DNA from: Gemmatimonadaceae bacterium
GTDB lineage: Bacteria; Gemmatimonadota; Gemmatimonadetes; Gemmatimonadales; Gemmatimonadaceae
Direction of reading: 5' to 3'
Length of the DNA stretch: 38,423 nucleotides
NCBI GenBank assembly: GCA_044224875.1
Contig: JBGAJQ010000051.1
Span: forward strand, 1 to 38,423
The first letter of the stretch is position 1. Every line of letters begins with the position of its first letter. The position numbers and the translations under genes are program-made. The notes beneath the pieces are model-generated. The model worked only from the letters and a program-made list of their open reading frames with translations, was not told the DNA's origin and searched no databases. This document shows, piece after piece, positions 1 to 10,892 of this stretch.

Positions 1-67
1 CGGCACGCGCGAGTGGGTCGATCCCACCCGCCCGTACAACTATGCGCAGCGCGAGGTCCCCCGATGA
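1..67 (+). CDS. moaE: Molybdopterin synthase catalytic subunit MoaE, 3' end only (partial)
   Basis: Frame 2 reads GTREWVDPTRPYNYAQREVPR*, resembling the MoaE C-terminal ..DG.xEWV. Its TGA overlaps the moaA ATG (ATGA 64-67). Only 21 codons are visible. Confidence 0.55.
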   Translation, partial: GTREWVDPTRPYNYAQREVPR

Positions 68-1050
68 GCGACGTCGTACTGCAGGACCAGTTCGGGCGCG
101 GGATCGAGTACCTGCGCATCTCGGTCACCGATCGCTGCAACTTCCGCTGCGTGTACTGCATGCCGCTGGAGGGACTGCCCTGGTTGCCAAAGGCCGACAT
201 TCTCTCGTACGAGGAGATTGCCGAGGTCGTTAGGCAGCTGGCGCCCCTCGGACTTCGCCGCTTGCGCATAACCGGCGGCGAACCGACGATCCGCCCCGAC
301 CTGCCGGAGCTCATTCGGCTGCTACGCGCCATTCCCGAGATCGAGGACATCGCGCTGTCGACCAACGGCGTGAGGCTCCCGGACCAGGCGAGCGAGCTGC
401 GTGGAGCGGGCCTGGACCGAGTGAACATGAGCGCGGATTCGCTGCGTCGCGATCGAATCGAAGGAATTGCACGACGGCGATTGGATTTCGATCCCATCGT
501 CAGCGCGCGCGCGGCAACCGATGCGGGACTGGACCCACTGAAGCTCAATGTGGTGGTCATGCGTGGCATCAACGATGACGAGGTTGCGGATTTTGCGCGT
601 CTCACCCTCGAGCATCCGTGGCATGTGCGCCTCATCGAGCTGATGCCGGTGGGCGAGATGCGCGAGCTGACATGGGACCACGTCGTTCCAACTCCCGAGA
701 TCCTGGAGCGCATTGCCGCGTTGGGAGCCCTTGGCGAGGATGCTGGCCCCGCTCGCGGCAACGGTCCAGCGGCGTACTACCGATTCAAGGGCGCGCCCGG
801 CACTGTCGGTGTCATAACACCGATGACGCATACGTATTGCGGTTCGTGCAATCGGGTACGCCTAACGGCAGACGGGCGCCTGCGGACCTGCTTGTACGGG
901 GACCATGAGGTCAACCTCCGCGACCCGTTGCGATCGGGCGCGCCATTGCAGCCACTGTTCGTCCAAGCCCTGGCCGAGAAGCCCAAGGAGCATGATTTGC
1001 TGAAAATGCGGGTAGGTGGGCTGCGGGCGCTGTCCCAGGTAGGCGGCTAG
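64..1050 (+). CDS. moaA: GTP 3',8-cyclase MoaA (radical SAM)
   Basis: YLRISVTDRCNFRCVYCMP (CX3CX2C), ITGGEP, C-terminal CGSCNRVRLTADG.LRTCL and terminal GG. ATG at 64 follows a GAGG RBS. Confidence 0.96.
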   Translation: MSDVVLQDQFGRGIEYLRISVTDRCNFRCVYCMPLEGLPWLPKADILSYEEIAEVVRQLAPLGLRRLRITGGEPTIRPDLPELIRLLRAIPEIEDIALSTNGVRLPDQASELRGAGLDRVNMSADSLRRDRIEGIARRRLDFDPIVSARAATDAGLDPLKLNVVVMRGINDDEVADFARLTLEHPWHVRLIELMPVGEMRELTWDHVVPTPEILERIAALGALGEDAGPARGNGPAAYYRFKGAPGTVGVITPMTHTYCGSCNRVRLTADGRLRTCLYGDHEVNLRDPLRSGAPLQPLFVQALAEKPKEHDLLKMRVGGLRALSQVGG

Positions 1051-1096
1051 GAGTGCCAATGCGCGCCCGAAAAGGCGTGCGCCTGTTCGTGTTTGA

Positions 1097-1981
1097 ATGC
1101 TCCAACAGACACGCGTGACGTTGAAGCGCGGGACACAGGTCATACTCGTGGACGTGGTGGAAGGCGTGCCACAAGGGAAGGGGCTCGACCAGTGGCAGTC
1201 GGCACCGATTGAGTTGTATGACTCTCGCGTCATTGGGACGAACGGATACGACGAGACGGAAGGCTCCGAGATCGTGATCATCACGGCGGGCATCGCGCGC
1301 AAACCAGGCATGTCGCGCGACGACCTGATGAACACGAACGCCGGGATCGTGAAGTCCGTATCTGAGCAGATCAAGCGCACGTCGCCTAACGCGATCATCA
1401 TCGTCGTGTCGAATCCGCTCGACGTGATGTGCCACGTGGCCAAGAGCGTCACCGGCTTCCCGAAGCATCGCGTGATCGGCATGGCTGGTGTCCTCGACAC
1501 GGCCCGCTACCGTGCCTTCCTGGCCGACGCACTCGACGTGTCGGTGCGTGACATTCAGGCGATGGTCCTCGGCGGACATGGCGACACGATGGTGCCGCTG
1601 ATCAGCTACACCACGGTGAGCGGCATTCCCGTCACCCAGCTGCTGGATCGCGCGACCTTGGACAAGATCGTGGACCGCACGCGCAATGGCGGTGCGGAAA
1701 TCGTCGCATTTCTGAAGACCGGTTCGGCATACTATGCGCCTTCGGCCGGTGCCGTGCAGATGGCCGAGGCGATCGTCCACGATCAGAAAAGAATCCTGCC
1801 GTGCGCCGCGTGGCTGGAGGGCGAGTACGGCCTGTCGGGATTGTTCCTCGGCGTGCCGTGCAAACTCGGCCGCGGCGGTCTGGAGAAGGTGTTGGAGGTG
1901 GAGCTGACGGATGCGGAACGCGAGGCATTGGGCAAGAGTGCCGCGGCGGTGCGCGAGCCGATGAGCAAGTTGAGCCTGTAG
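1097..1981 (+). CDS. mdh: Malate dehydrogenase (LDH-like MDH); N-terminal GxGxxG segment missing in this sequence
   Basis: [58 protein letters not shown] and GSAYYAP are MDH motifs, and the gene lies next to sdhCAB. Homology starts only at about 1136. Confidence 0.85.
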   Translation: MLQQTRVTLKRGTQVILVDVVEGVPQGKGLDQWQSAPIELYDSRVIGTNGYDETEGSEIVIITAGIARKPGMSRDDLMNTNAGIVKSVSEQIKRTSPNAIIIVVSNPLDVMCHVAKSVTGFPKHRVIGMAGVLDTARYRAFLADALDVSVRDIQAMVLGGHGDTMVPLISYTTVSGIPVTQLLDRATLDKIVDRTRNGGAEIVAFLKTGSAYYAPSAGAVQMAEAIVHDQKRILPCAAWLEGEYGLSGLFLGVPCKLGRGGLEKVLEVELTDAEREALGKSAAAVREPMSKLSL

Positions 1982-1988
1982 ATTCTGT

Positions 1989-2015
1989 CGGGGCGCGGTG
2001 ACGAACCGCGCCCCG
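1989..2015 (+). terminator. GC-rich stem-loop between mdh and sdhC (no U-tract; weak terminator or mRNA-stabilising hairpin)
   Basis: CGGGGCGCGGT-gacga-ACCGCGCCCCG, a perfect 11-bp stem just after the mdh stop. Confidence 0.45.
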
Positions 2016-2038
2016 GTCGACATTCATCCGGAAGGGAA

Positions 2039-2770
2039 ATGGCATCGAGCGTAGCGCCGAGTGTTGCACGTCGTGGTGCCGTCGCGCAGTTCTGGGCTTC
2101 GACGGTCGGCAAGAAGATCGTGATGGCGGCGACGGGGCTGGTCATGGCGGGATTCCTCGTCACGCACATGACGGCCAACCTCATGGCATACCTCGGCCCA
2201 GATGGCATCAACACGTATTCGCGCTTTCTCCACGCCACGCCAGAGTTGCTCTGGCCGGCACGTGTGGTGTTGCTGGTCTCCGTGGTGCTGCACGCGACCT
2301 CAGCCTACCAGCTGACGAGAATCAGCGCGCGGGCCCGTCCGATCGGGTACGACCGCCGGTTGAGCCAGACATCGTCGATCGCGTCGCGGACCATTCGGTG
2401 GTTCAGCGTCCTCGTCGCTCTGTTCATCGTCATTCACCTCCTCCACTTCACGACCGGAACGCTGCTCCCTGGATTTGCGGAGGGGAATCCGTACGCCAAC
2501 CTGGTGAGCGCGTTCACCACGCAGAAGGGGATGGCGGCATTCTATCTGGTCATGATGGTCGTGGTCGGGTTGCACCTGTACCACGGGGCGTGGAGTTCCA
2601 TCCGCACGCTGGGTCTCTCGCGCCCAAAGTCGAATCCCATGGTCCGACCGATCGCCACGCTGTTGGCGATCGTGCTGTGGCTTGGCTTCTCCGCGGTGCC
2701 CATCGGCGTGCTGACGGGACTAATCCGTCCCGCCGATGAAACCACTGCACTCACCGTCACGAACCGTTAG
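2039..2770 (+). CDS. sdhC: Succinate dehydrogenase/fumarate reductase cytochrome b558 subunit (single-subunit anchor)
   Basis: [22 protein letters not shown] start, about five hydrophobic helices with His ligands (THM, VLHA, IHLLH, LHLYHG), upstream of sdhA. Confidence 0.92.
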   Translation: MASSVAPSVARRGAVAQFWASTVGKKIVMAATGLVMAGFLVTHMTANLMAYLGPDGINTYSRFLHATPELLWPARVVLLVSVVLHATSAYQLTRISARARPIGYDRRLSQTSSIASRTIRWFSVLVALFIVIHLLHFTTGTLLPGFAEGNPYANLVSAFTTQKGMAAFYLVMMVVVGLHLYHGAWSSIRTLGLSRPKSNPMVRPIATLLAIVLWLGFSAVPIGVLTGLIRPADETTALTVTNR

Positions 2771-2775
2771 GCGGC

Positions 2776-4689
<1,914 letters not shown>

Positions 4690-4691
4690 CC

Positions 4692-5465
4692 ATGCGCGTA
4701 ACCCTGAAGGTCTGGCGGCAGGCCTCGCCAACGTCCGCCGGTCGGTTCATGACCTACGATGCGTCCGACGTGTCGCCCGACATGTCCTTTCTGGAAATGC
4801 TCGATGTCGTGAACGAGCAGCTGACGGAGAAGGGCGAGGCGCCGATCGCATTCGATCACGATTGCCGCGAAGGCATTTGCGGCATGTGCGGCATGTTCAT
4901 CAACGGCGTGGCACACGGGCCCATGAAGGCCACGACCACCTGCCAGCTGCACATGCGGTCGTTCAAGGACGGGGACACACTCACCATCGAGCCGTGGCGC
5001 GCCGAGGCGTTCCCGGTATTGCGCGACCTCTGTGTCGATCGCAGTGCGTTCGATCGCATCATCCAGGCTGGCGGCTATGTCTCGATTGCGACCGGAAACC
5101 CGCAGGACGCCAACGCCCTGCCAATTCCGAAGACGGACGCAGACGCCGCCATGGACGCGGCGGCGTGTATCGGGTGCGGGGCATGTGTGGCCGCGTGCCC
5201 GAACGGAAGTGCCTCATTGTTCACCGCCGCCAAGATCTCGCACCTGGGGCACCTGCCGCAGGGACAACCAGAGCGCTATCGTCGCGCGTTGAAGATGGTA
5301 GCGCGGATGGACCTCGAGCACTTCGGCAGCTGCACCCTGTTTGGCGAGTGTCAGGAAGCGTGCCCAAAAGGCATTTCGATCGACGAGATCTCGCGGATGA
5401 ATCGCGACTTCCTGGCCGCATCGCTGTTCGAACGTGAGGAACGCGCGGCCGGCGACGGCGCGTAG
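4692..5465 (+). CDS. sdhB: Succinate dehydrogenase/fumarate reductase iron-sulfur subunit
   Basis: [22 protein letters not shown] and [12 protein letters not shown]e-S motifs. ATG at 4692 lies 2 nt after the sdhA stop. Confidence 0.95.
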   Translation: MRVTLKVWRQASPTSAGRFMTYDASDVSPDMSFLEMLDVVNEQLTEKGEAPIAFDHDCREGICGMCGMFINGVAHGPMKATTTCQLHMRSFKDGDTLTIEPWRAEAFPVLRDLCVDRSAFDRIIQAGGYVSIATGNPQDANALPIPKTDADAAMDAAACIGCGACVAACPNGSASLFTAAKISHLGHLPQGQPERYRRALKMVARMDLEHFGSCTLFGECQEACPKGISIDEISRMNRDFLAASLFEREERAAGDGA

Positions 5466-5553
5466 CTCCAAACGAGTTCGCCCGCTCCGTCGCTGACCCG
5501 ACGGCGACCGAATCGTTCGCCGACCTCGACTGACGCAGTCGCATGGAGGGCCC

Positions 5554-7044
5554 TTGAGGTTTCCGGTCGTCAGCGCCGCGGTGTTGAGCGTGATTCTCGG
5601 GACGGCGGCCAGCGGGCAAGCGCCGATCGCGACGTTCGGATTCGTTGAAGGGCGAGTGGTCGATCGAATTTCTGGCCAGCCGCTCGACAGCGCCGTCATT
5701 CAGCTGGCGGCTGAACCTTCCAACGTTCGCCGAACGATCGCGGGGCGATCGTTGGCCGGTGGTCGCTTCCGGTTCGATTCCGTGCCCGCCGGTTCCTACG
5801 TCGCCGCCTTTCAGCATCCGCTGCTGGACTCCCTCGGCCTGGAATCGCCGACCGTCCGGTTTACGGTTCAGGGGGGACGCAGGGCACGGCTCGAATTGGG
5901 CACTCCAACAGCGGCCCAAGTCATCGCCGCCATATGCCCCGCCGGCAGCCTGGGCGATTCGGCGGCGTTGTTTCTTGGCCACGTGCGCAGCGCACGCAAC
6001 GGGTTGCCTGTGCCTAACGCCATGATCAGTGTCCGTTGGACGGAACTGCTCCTTGGCGGGCCCAAGATTCAACACACGGTGCCGACCGTCGCGGCACGCA
6101 GCAATGCGATGGGCTGGTTTGCGTTCTGCAACCTGCCCGTGGGTGTTGACCTCCTGCTGCAAGCGTCCAGTGAGGCAGATTCGAGCGGCCTGCTGCTCCA
6201 ACAGGTCCCGTGGCGCTCGATTGCTCACCGCGAGGTGTTCGTCGGGCCCAGTGCGTCAAACGCGGACGTACGCACGGATACGGGCTCGAGCGCCGAGCGG
6301 GCCGACCGGTACGCGGCCAATGTGCGAGTTGGTCCGGCCCGCATTCGTGGCCGCGTGAGCGGGGCAAACGGCCAACCCATCGCGGGGGCGCAGATACGGG
6401 TCGCTGGCGCGCGGTCGCGCGCGGTGTCGGATGCCAACGGCTCGTTCTCCATGAATGAACTGCCGGCTGGCTCCCAAACACTGGAGGTGATCGCGTTAGG
6501 CTTCGTGCCCGAACGCCTGACCGTGGACCTCATGGCTGTTGAAGAGGCCCCACTTGTGTTGGTCACCATGACCAGTACCAAGCACTACCTGGACACCGTT
6601 CGTGTCACAGCTTCGCGAGGATACTCGCGCGATCTCACCGGCTTTGATCGCCGCCGCAAGGCCTCGCTGGGCCGATTCATTACGAGTGAGGACATCAACA
6701 AGCGCGCCGCTATGTTCGTGTCCGACTACCTGCAGGGCATGCTCGGGGTGTCAGCGCGCGCCGCCGGTTTCGGACAGATCGTTACCATGCTGGGTGGCGA
6801 CGGCCGCGTCTGCTTCCCTGTGGTGTATGTCGACGGGCTTCGTTTTGGCGGCGGCCTGAGCGGCGAAAGCGTCGGAGAGTCGAATATCGACACGTGGGCT
6901 TGGCCCTCGGACATCGATGGCATCGAGGTTTACACGCACGCCAGCGAAGTCCCGCCGGAGTTCTTCACCGCCAATGACTGCGGCGCGATCGTGCTCTGGA
7001 CGAATCGAGGGCGCGCGCACGTGAAGCTACGGCCAAAGAACTGA
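5554..7044 (+). CDS. Secreted protein with carboxypeptidase-regulatory-like domains and a C-terminal TonB-dependent-receptor plug-like domain (no beta-barrel)
   Basis: Signal-peptide-like N-terminus (..GTAASGQ). Repeated G.V.D...G.P+..A.+ segments (VEGRVVDRISGQPLDSAVI, IRGRVSGANGQPIAGAQI). Plug-like FITSEDI..SDYLQGMLGV..PVVYVDG..DIDGIEVY..CGAIVLWT. GGAGGG RBS before the TTG. Confidence 0.7.
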   Translation: MRFPVVSAAVLSVILGTAASGQAPIATFGFVEGRVVDRISGQPLDSAVIQLAAEPSNVRRTIAGRSLAGGRFRFDSVPAGSYVAAFQHPLLDSLGLESPTVRFTVQGGRRARLELGTPTAAQVIAAICPAGSLGDSAALFLGHVRSARNGLPVPNAMISVRWTELLLGGPKIQHTVPTVAARSNAMGWFAFCNLPVGVDLLLQASSEADSSGLLLQQVPWRSIAHREVFVGPSASNADVRTDTGSSAERADRYAANVRVGPARIRGRVSGANGQPIAGAQIRVAGARSRAVSDANGSFSMNELPAGSQTLEVIALGFVPERLTVDLMAVEEAPLVLVTMTSTKHYLDTVRVTASRGYSRDLTGFDRRRKASLGRFITSEDINKRAAMFVSDYLQGMLGVSARAAGFGQIVTMLGGDGRVCFPVVYVDGLRFGGGLSGESVGESNIDTWAWPSDIDGIEVYTHASEVPPEFFTANDCGAIVLWTNRGRAHVKLRPKN

Positions 7045-7060
7045 TGGCCGCATCCGAGTC

Positions 7061-7612
7061 TTAAAGGCGGGGCAGCGTCACGCCCTGCTGGCCCTGATAC
7101 TTCCCCCGCTTGTCTTTGTAACTGACCAGTGGTGGCTCGCCGCGGAAGAAGAGCACCTGCGCGATCCCCTCGTTGGCGTAAATCTTCGCCGGCAGAGGCG
7201 TGGTGTTCGAGATCTCGAGCGTCACATGACCCTCCCACTCAGGCTCGAAGGGAGTGACGTTGGTGATGATCCCGCACCTCGCATAGGTGGATTTACCCAC
7301 GGTGATGGTGACGACGTCACGCGGGATGCGGAAGTATTCCACAGACCGTGCAAGTGCAAATGAATTCGGCGGAACGATGCACACATCTCCATCGAATTCT
7401 ACGAACGAGCGCGGGTCGAACTGCTTGGGATCCACCACCGAGCTCAGGACGTTGGTGAAGATTCGAAATTCGCGCGCCACGCGCATGTCGTAGCCGTACG
7501 AGCTCACGCCGTACGAGATGACCCCCGCGCGGACTTGGCTGGATTCAAATGGCTCGATCATTCCGTGCCGCGTCGCCATCTCGGTGATCCAGCGATCGTT
7601 CTGAATGGACAT
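7061..7612 (-). CDS. dcd: dCTP deaminase
   Basis: [69 protein letters not shown]. Confidence 0.96.
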   Translation of the reverse strand: MSIQNDRWITEMATRHGMIEPFESSQVRAGVISYGVSSYGYDMRVAREFRIFTNVLSSVVDPKQFDPRSFVEFDGDVCIVPPNSFALARSVEYFRIPRDVVTITVGKSTYARCGIITNVTPFEPEWEGHVTLEISNTTPLPAKIYANEGIAQVLFFRGEPPLVSYKDKRGKYQGQQGVTLPRL

Positions 7613-7726
7613 GTCCGGTGGAATGCGGTTGGGGACGGGAGAGAGAGGGCGGTGAAGATAGCGTCCCGAGGAGGTCGAGAGAACGCAATCTTGCGCTTTT
7701 GGCGCTGCGAAATGATCGCCGTGAAG

Positions 7727-7737
7727 TTGTCGTAAGT
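7727..7737 (+). promoter_or_regulatory. Upstream element TTGTCGTAAGT, 17 nt before the nuo -35 box (copy 1)
   Basis: An identical 11-mer sits at 29859-29869 with the same 17-nt spacing to a TTGA -35 box. Confidence 0.55.
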
Positions 7738-7754
7738 TTGTGCGTGCGCGTCCG

Positions 7755-7784
7755 TTGACACTCCTTGGCGGCGATGGATAAGTT
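7755..7784 (+). promoter_or_regulatory. Putative sigma70 promoter of the nuo operon
   Basis: Perfect -35 TTGACA (7755-7760), 18-nt spacer, -10-like TAAGTT (7779-7784), in the dcd/nuoA divergent gap. Confidence 0.7.
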
Positions 7785-7797
7785 CTGTCGGCTGCGC

Positions 7798-7815
7798 AAG
7801 TGAATTATTTCACGA
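7798..7815. promoter_or_regulatory. Putative Rex (NADH/NAD+ sensor) operator
   Basis: AAGTGAA-TTAT-TTCACGA against the Rex consensus TTGTGAA-N4-TTCACAA. It has a perfect GTGAA/TTCAC palindrome and lies between the -10 box and the AGGAG RBS of nuoA. Confidence 0.65.
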
Positions 7816-7828
7816 GCTTAGGAGCGCG

Positions 7829-8233
7829 ATGGACCGAACGTACCTGCCAATCCTCCTCCTGGCCGGGTTTGTCATACTGAACGCCGTGCTGATGGTCGGT
7901 GCCTCGCACCTGACCATGCGACGCCGCCCGTCGCCGGTCAAAGACCAGCCGTACGAGTCCGGCATCCCGCCGCTGGGCGACGCCCGCGAGCGCTTTTCCG
8001 TGAAGTTCTACATGGTCGCGATGTTGTTCATCATTTTCGACATCGAGACAGTGTTCATGATCCCGTGGGCCGTCTTCTTCAAGCAGTTGAGCTGCGCGGT
8101 GACTCTTGCGCAGGGGGCATGTCCGGCGGGTCAGGTTTCGTTTTTTGGCTTGGGCGAGATGCTCGTCTTCATGGTCATTCTGCTCGTCGGCTTCGTTTAC
8201 GTCTGGAAGAAAGGAGCGTTACAGTGGGACTAA
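7829..8233 (+). CDS. nuoA: NADH-quinone oxidoreductase subunit A
   Basis: [46 protein letters not shown]. Confidence 0.95.
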   Translation: MDRTYLPILLLAGFVILNAVLMVGASHLTMRRRPSPVKDQPYESGIPPLGDARERFSVKFYMVAMLFIIFDIETVFMIPWAVFFKQLSCAVTLAQGACPAGQVSFFGLGEMLVFMVILLVGFVYVWKKGALQWD

Positions 8234-8850
8234 CGCCTCGCGCCGAGCCTAACGCTGTTTCGGTTGACGCCCAGTCGCAGGAGGGCTGGGTCACCACACG
8301 GCTGGACTTCTTGGTCAACTGGGCGCGCGCCAATTCGTTGTGGCCGATGCCCTTTGGCACGGCCTGTTGTGCGATCGAATTCATGGCCAGCGCGGCGTCG
8401 CGATTCGACTTGGCGCGCTTCGGGATGGAGCGAATGTCGTTCTCGCCGCGACAAGCCGACGTGTTGATTTGTGCGGGTCGGGTTCCGTTCAAGCTGGCGC
8501 CTGTCATTCGCCGCATCTGGCAGCAAATGCCTCAGCCCAAGTGGGCGATCTCCATGGGGGCTTGCGCGTCATCGGGTGGCATGTTCGACACCTACGCCGT
8601 GGTGCAGGGGATCGACACCATCATTCCGGTAGACGTCTACGTTCCGGGTTGCCCGCCGCGTCCGGAAGGACTGATCTACGGCATCCTCATGCTGCAGGAG
8701 AAGGTGAAGCGGGAGCGGATGTCCGACGTCTCGCTACGAAACGAGATGGAGCCGGACCCCACGAGCAACCTGTACATCCCGCCGTCGGTGATCGACGAGT
8801 TGTCGGAGCCGTTCGGCAATTCGGTGAACCAAACCCGGTCCGGCCTGTGA
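8224..8850 (+). CDS. nuoB: NADH-quinone oxidoreductase subunit B
   Basis: [50 protein letters not shown] at 8224 follows AAGGAG. Confidence 0.94.
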   Translation: MGLTPRAEPNAVSVDAQSQEGWVTTRLDFLVNWARANSLWPMPFGTACCAIEFMASAASRFDLARFGMERMSFSPRQADVLICAGRVPFKLAPVIRRIWQQMPQPKWAISMGACASSGGMFDTYAVVQGIDTIIPVDVYVPGCPPRPEGLIYGILMLQEKVKRERMSDVSLRNEMEPDPTSNLYIPPSVIDELSEPFGNSVNQTRSGL

Positions 8851-9545
8851 GCCCGACGCCGATTCTCTTTCCCGGTAGCGCGGCGCCGGGCGCCGCGACC
8901 CCCGTGACGCCGAGGCAGGGTGCGCATCATGGCGGTGCGATGAACCCGTCGGTGGAACGAATCAAGGAACGCTTCGCGGCCGCGTTCGTGCGGGCCCAGG
9001 TGGTATGGGGCGAGACGACGGTGGTGTTGCAGCCGGCGGCCGTGCTCGACGTAATCCGTTACCTGCACGACGACGCGGCGGAACAGTACGACTATCTCTC
9101 GGACGTCACGGCGGTTGAGTATCGCGACGCCGAGCTGCCGTTGGAGGTGGTGTGGCACCTGCGGTCGCTCCCATACCGCCGCTTCCTTCGCGTGAAAGCC
9201 GAGTTGTCACCATCCGGGCCACTGCACGTGCCGAGTGTGTGGCCCGTGTACAAGGGCGCTGATTGGCTTGAGCGTGAATGCTTCGACATGTTCGGCGTCG
9301 TTTTCGACGGGCATCCTGACCTGCGCCGCATCCTCCTGTGGGAGCAGTTCCGGGAGGGCTTCCCCCTTCGAAAGGACTTCCCGCTGCGTGGACGCTTCTC
9401 ACGGTCGGAGCAGCTCCGACAGGCGCTCGCGGCCAATCCCGAAGCCCGTTACTCCATGGAGGAGTTGTCGATCGCCGACGCCTTCGAAGACTTGCCGGTG
9501 GACATGCGCGCTCGCCTCACGCGTGGCGAGAGGACTGGAGAATAG
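8847..9545 (+). CDS. nuoC: NADH-quinone oxidoreductase subunit C
   Basis: [49 protein letters not shown] overlap with the nuoB stop; start approximate. Confidence 0.92.
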   Translation: MSPTPILFPGSAAPGAATPVTPRQGAHHGGAMNPSVERIKERFAAAFVRAQVVWGETTVVLQPAAVLDVIRYLHDDAAEQYDYLSDVTAVEYRDAELPLEVVWHLRSLPYRRFLRVKAELSPSGPLHVPSVWPVYKGADWLERECFDMFGVVFDGHPDLRRILLWEQFREGFPLRKDFPLRGRFSRSEQLRQALAANPEARYSMEELSIADAFEDLPVDMRARLTRGERTGE

Positions 9546-9547
9546 TC

Positions 9548-10855
9548 ATGGCCACGAAGCAAGTCGAAGTATCGCTTTCGACGACAGGATTGGACGCGCA
9601 GGGACGGCCACAGCGTGTTCCTGTGGTGGTGGACGCCGCCGGAAACGTGGTGTCCATGGAGGCATCGCCCGGACTGGAGCCGGAGCTCGAAGGCGAGCAC
9701 ATGCTCATCAACATCGGGCCACAGCACCCCGCCACGCACGGGGTGTTGCGCCTGGTGTTGGAGCTGGACGGCGAGACGGTGGTGCGCTGCATTCCGCACG
9801 TCGGGTACCTCCATTGCGGGTTCGAGAAGATCGGGGAATACCGGCAGTACAACCAGATCATTCCCTGGACCGACCGCGAAGACTACCTGAACTCTCCGGG
9901 CAACAACGTGGCGTTCGCGTTAGGTGCGGAACGCCTGTTTGGCATCGAGATCACGCCGCGCTGCACCGTGCTTCGGGTGATCGCGTTGGAGCTGTCGCGC
10001 ATCATCTCGCACCTGGTCTGGCTGGGCACGACCTGCATCGACATCGGCGCCTTCACCCCGTTCCTGTGGGCCTTCCAGCGCCGAGAGGAGGTGTACAACC
10101 TCCTCGAGAAGTGGATCGGCGCTCGCCTCACCACCACGTTGACACGCGTCGGCGGAATGGCCGCCGATATTCCCGATGGCTGGCTGGAAGACCTGCAGTC
10201 GTTCATCCGCGGATTCCCCAGCACGATCGCCGAAGTCGACAAGATGGTGACTCGCAATGGCATCTGGGTCGGCCGCACCATTGGAATCGGCGCCATGACC
10301 GGCCCCGAAGCCATCAACTACGGATTGTCCGGTCCGATGCTTCGTGCCTCGGGCGTGGCGTACGATGTTCGAAAAGACTTCCCGTACCTGGACTACGAGA
10401 CCTACGACTTCGAGGTCGCTGTCGGCGCCACCGGAGACGTGTACGACCGCTTCCTTGTGCGCATGGAGGAAATGCGCCAATCCAACCGCATCCTCGAGCA
10501 GGCGGTCAAGCGGCTCCCAGACGGTCCGGTGAACGTGGACGATGCGCGCGTGATTCTGCCGCCCAAGAGCAAGGCGACCAGCGAAATGGAGTCCATGATC
10601 CATCACTTCAAGCAGGTGATGGAGGGACCGCGCCCACCGGCCGGTGAGGCGTACGTCGCGGTGGAAAGCCCGAAGGGCGAAAAAGGCTACTACATGGTTT
10701 CCGACGGCACGGCGAAGCCGGTACGCTGGCGCATTCGCCCTCCGTCGTTCGTCAACTTGTCCGCCATTCCCAAGATGGTGGAGGGCCACCTGCTGTCAGA
10801 CGTGATCGCCATCAACGCCAGCATCGATATCGTCATGGGAGAGATCGATCGATGA
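9548..10855 (+). CDS. nuoD: NADH-quinone oxidoreductase subunit D
   Basis: INIGPQHPATHGVLRL, GYLH.G.EK, ELSRIISHL, VESPKGE, IDIVMGEIDR. ATG at 9548 follows GGAG. Confidence 0.95.
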   Translation: MATKQVEVSLSTTGLDAQGRPQRVPVVVDAAGNVVSMEASPGLEPELEGEHMLINIGPQHPATHGVLRLVLELDGETVVRCIPHVGYLHCGFEKIGEYRQYNQIIPWTDREDYLNSPGNNVAFALGAERLFGIEITPRCTVLRVIALELSRIISHLVWLGTTCIDIGAFTPFLWAFQRREEVYNLLEKWIGARLTTTLTRVGGMAADIPDGWLEDLQSFIRGFPSTIAEVDKMVTRNGIWVGRTIGIGAMTGPEAINYGLSGPMLRASGVAYDVRKDFPYLDYETYDFEVAVGATGDVYDRFLVRMEEMRQSNRILEQAVKRLPDGPVNVDDARVILPPKSKATSEMESMIHHFKQVMEGPRPPAGEAYVAVESPKGEKGYYMVSDGTAKPVRWRIRPPSFVNLSAIPKMVEGHLLSDVIAINASIDIVMGEIDR

Positions 10856-10892
10856 CCCGCACCTCGCCTAACGCCAGACTTGGAGGCCGGGC

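Noticed and set aside
1053..1136. tRNA-like cloverleaf or group II intron remnant at the mdh 5' end
   Set aside because: The stems are short and mismatched. There is no T-loop or D-loop consensus, no CCA, and no domain V-like sequence.
911..2023. Long antisense or alternative-frame ORFs (e.g. 911-2023, 5221-6228, 9235-10647, 16842-17903, 23796-24791)
   Set aside because: Shadow ORFs of well-supported genes in GC-rich DNA, with no recognisable motifs.
8065..8223. Upstream extensions of nuoB in the ORF track (likewise nuoC, D, H, I, J, L, sdhB, ndk, fabG)
   Set aside because: Downstream starts with an RBS or stop/start overlap fit the family N-termini better, and the extensions overlap the preceding genes.
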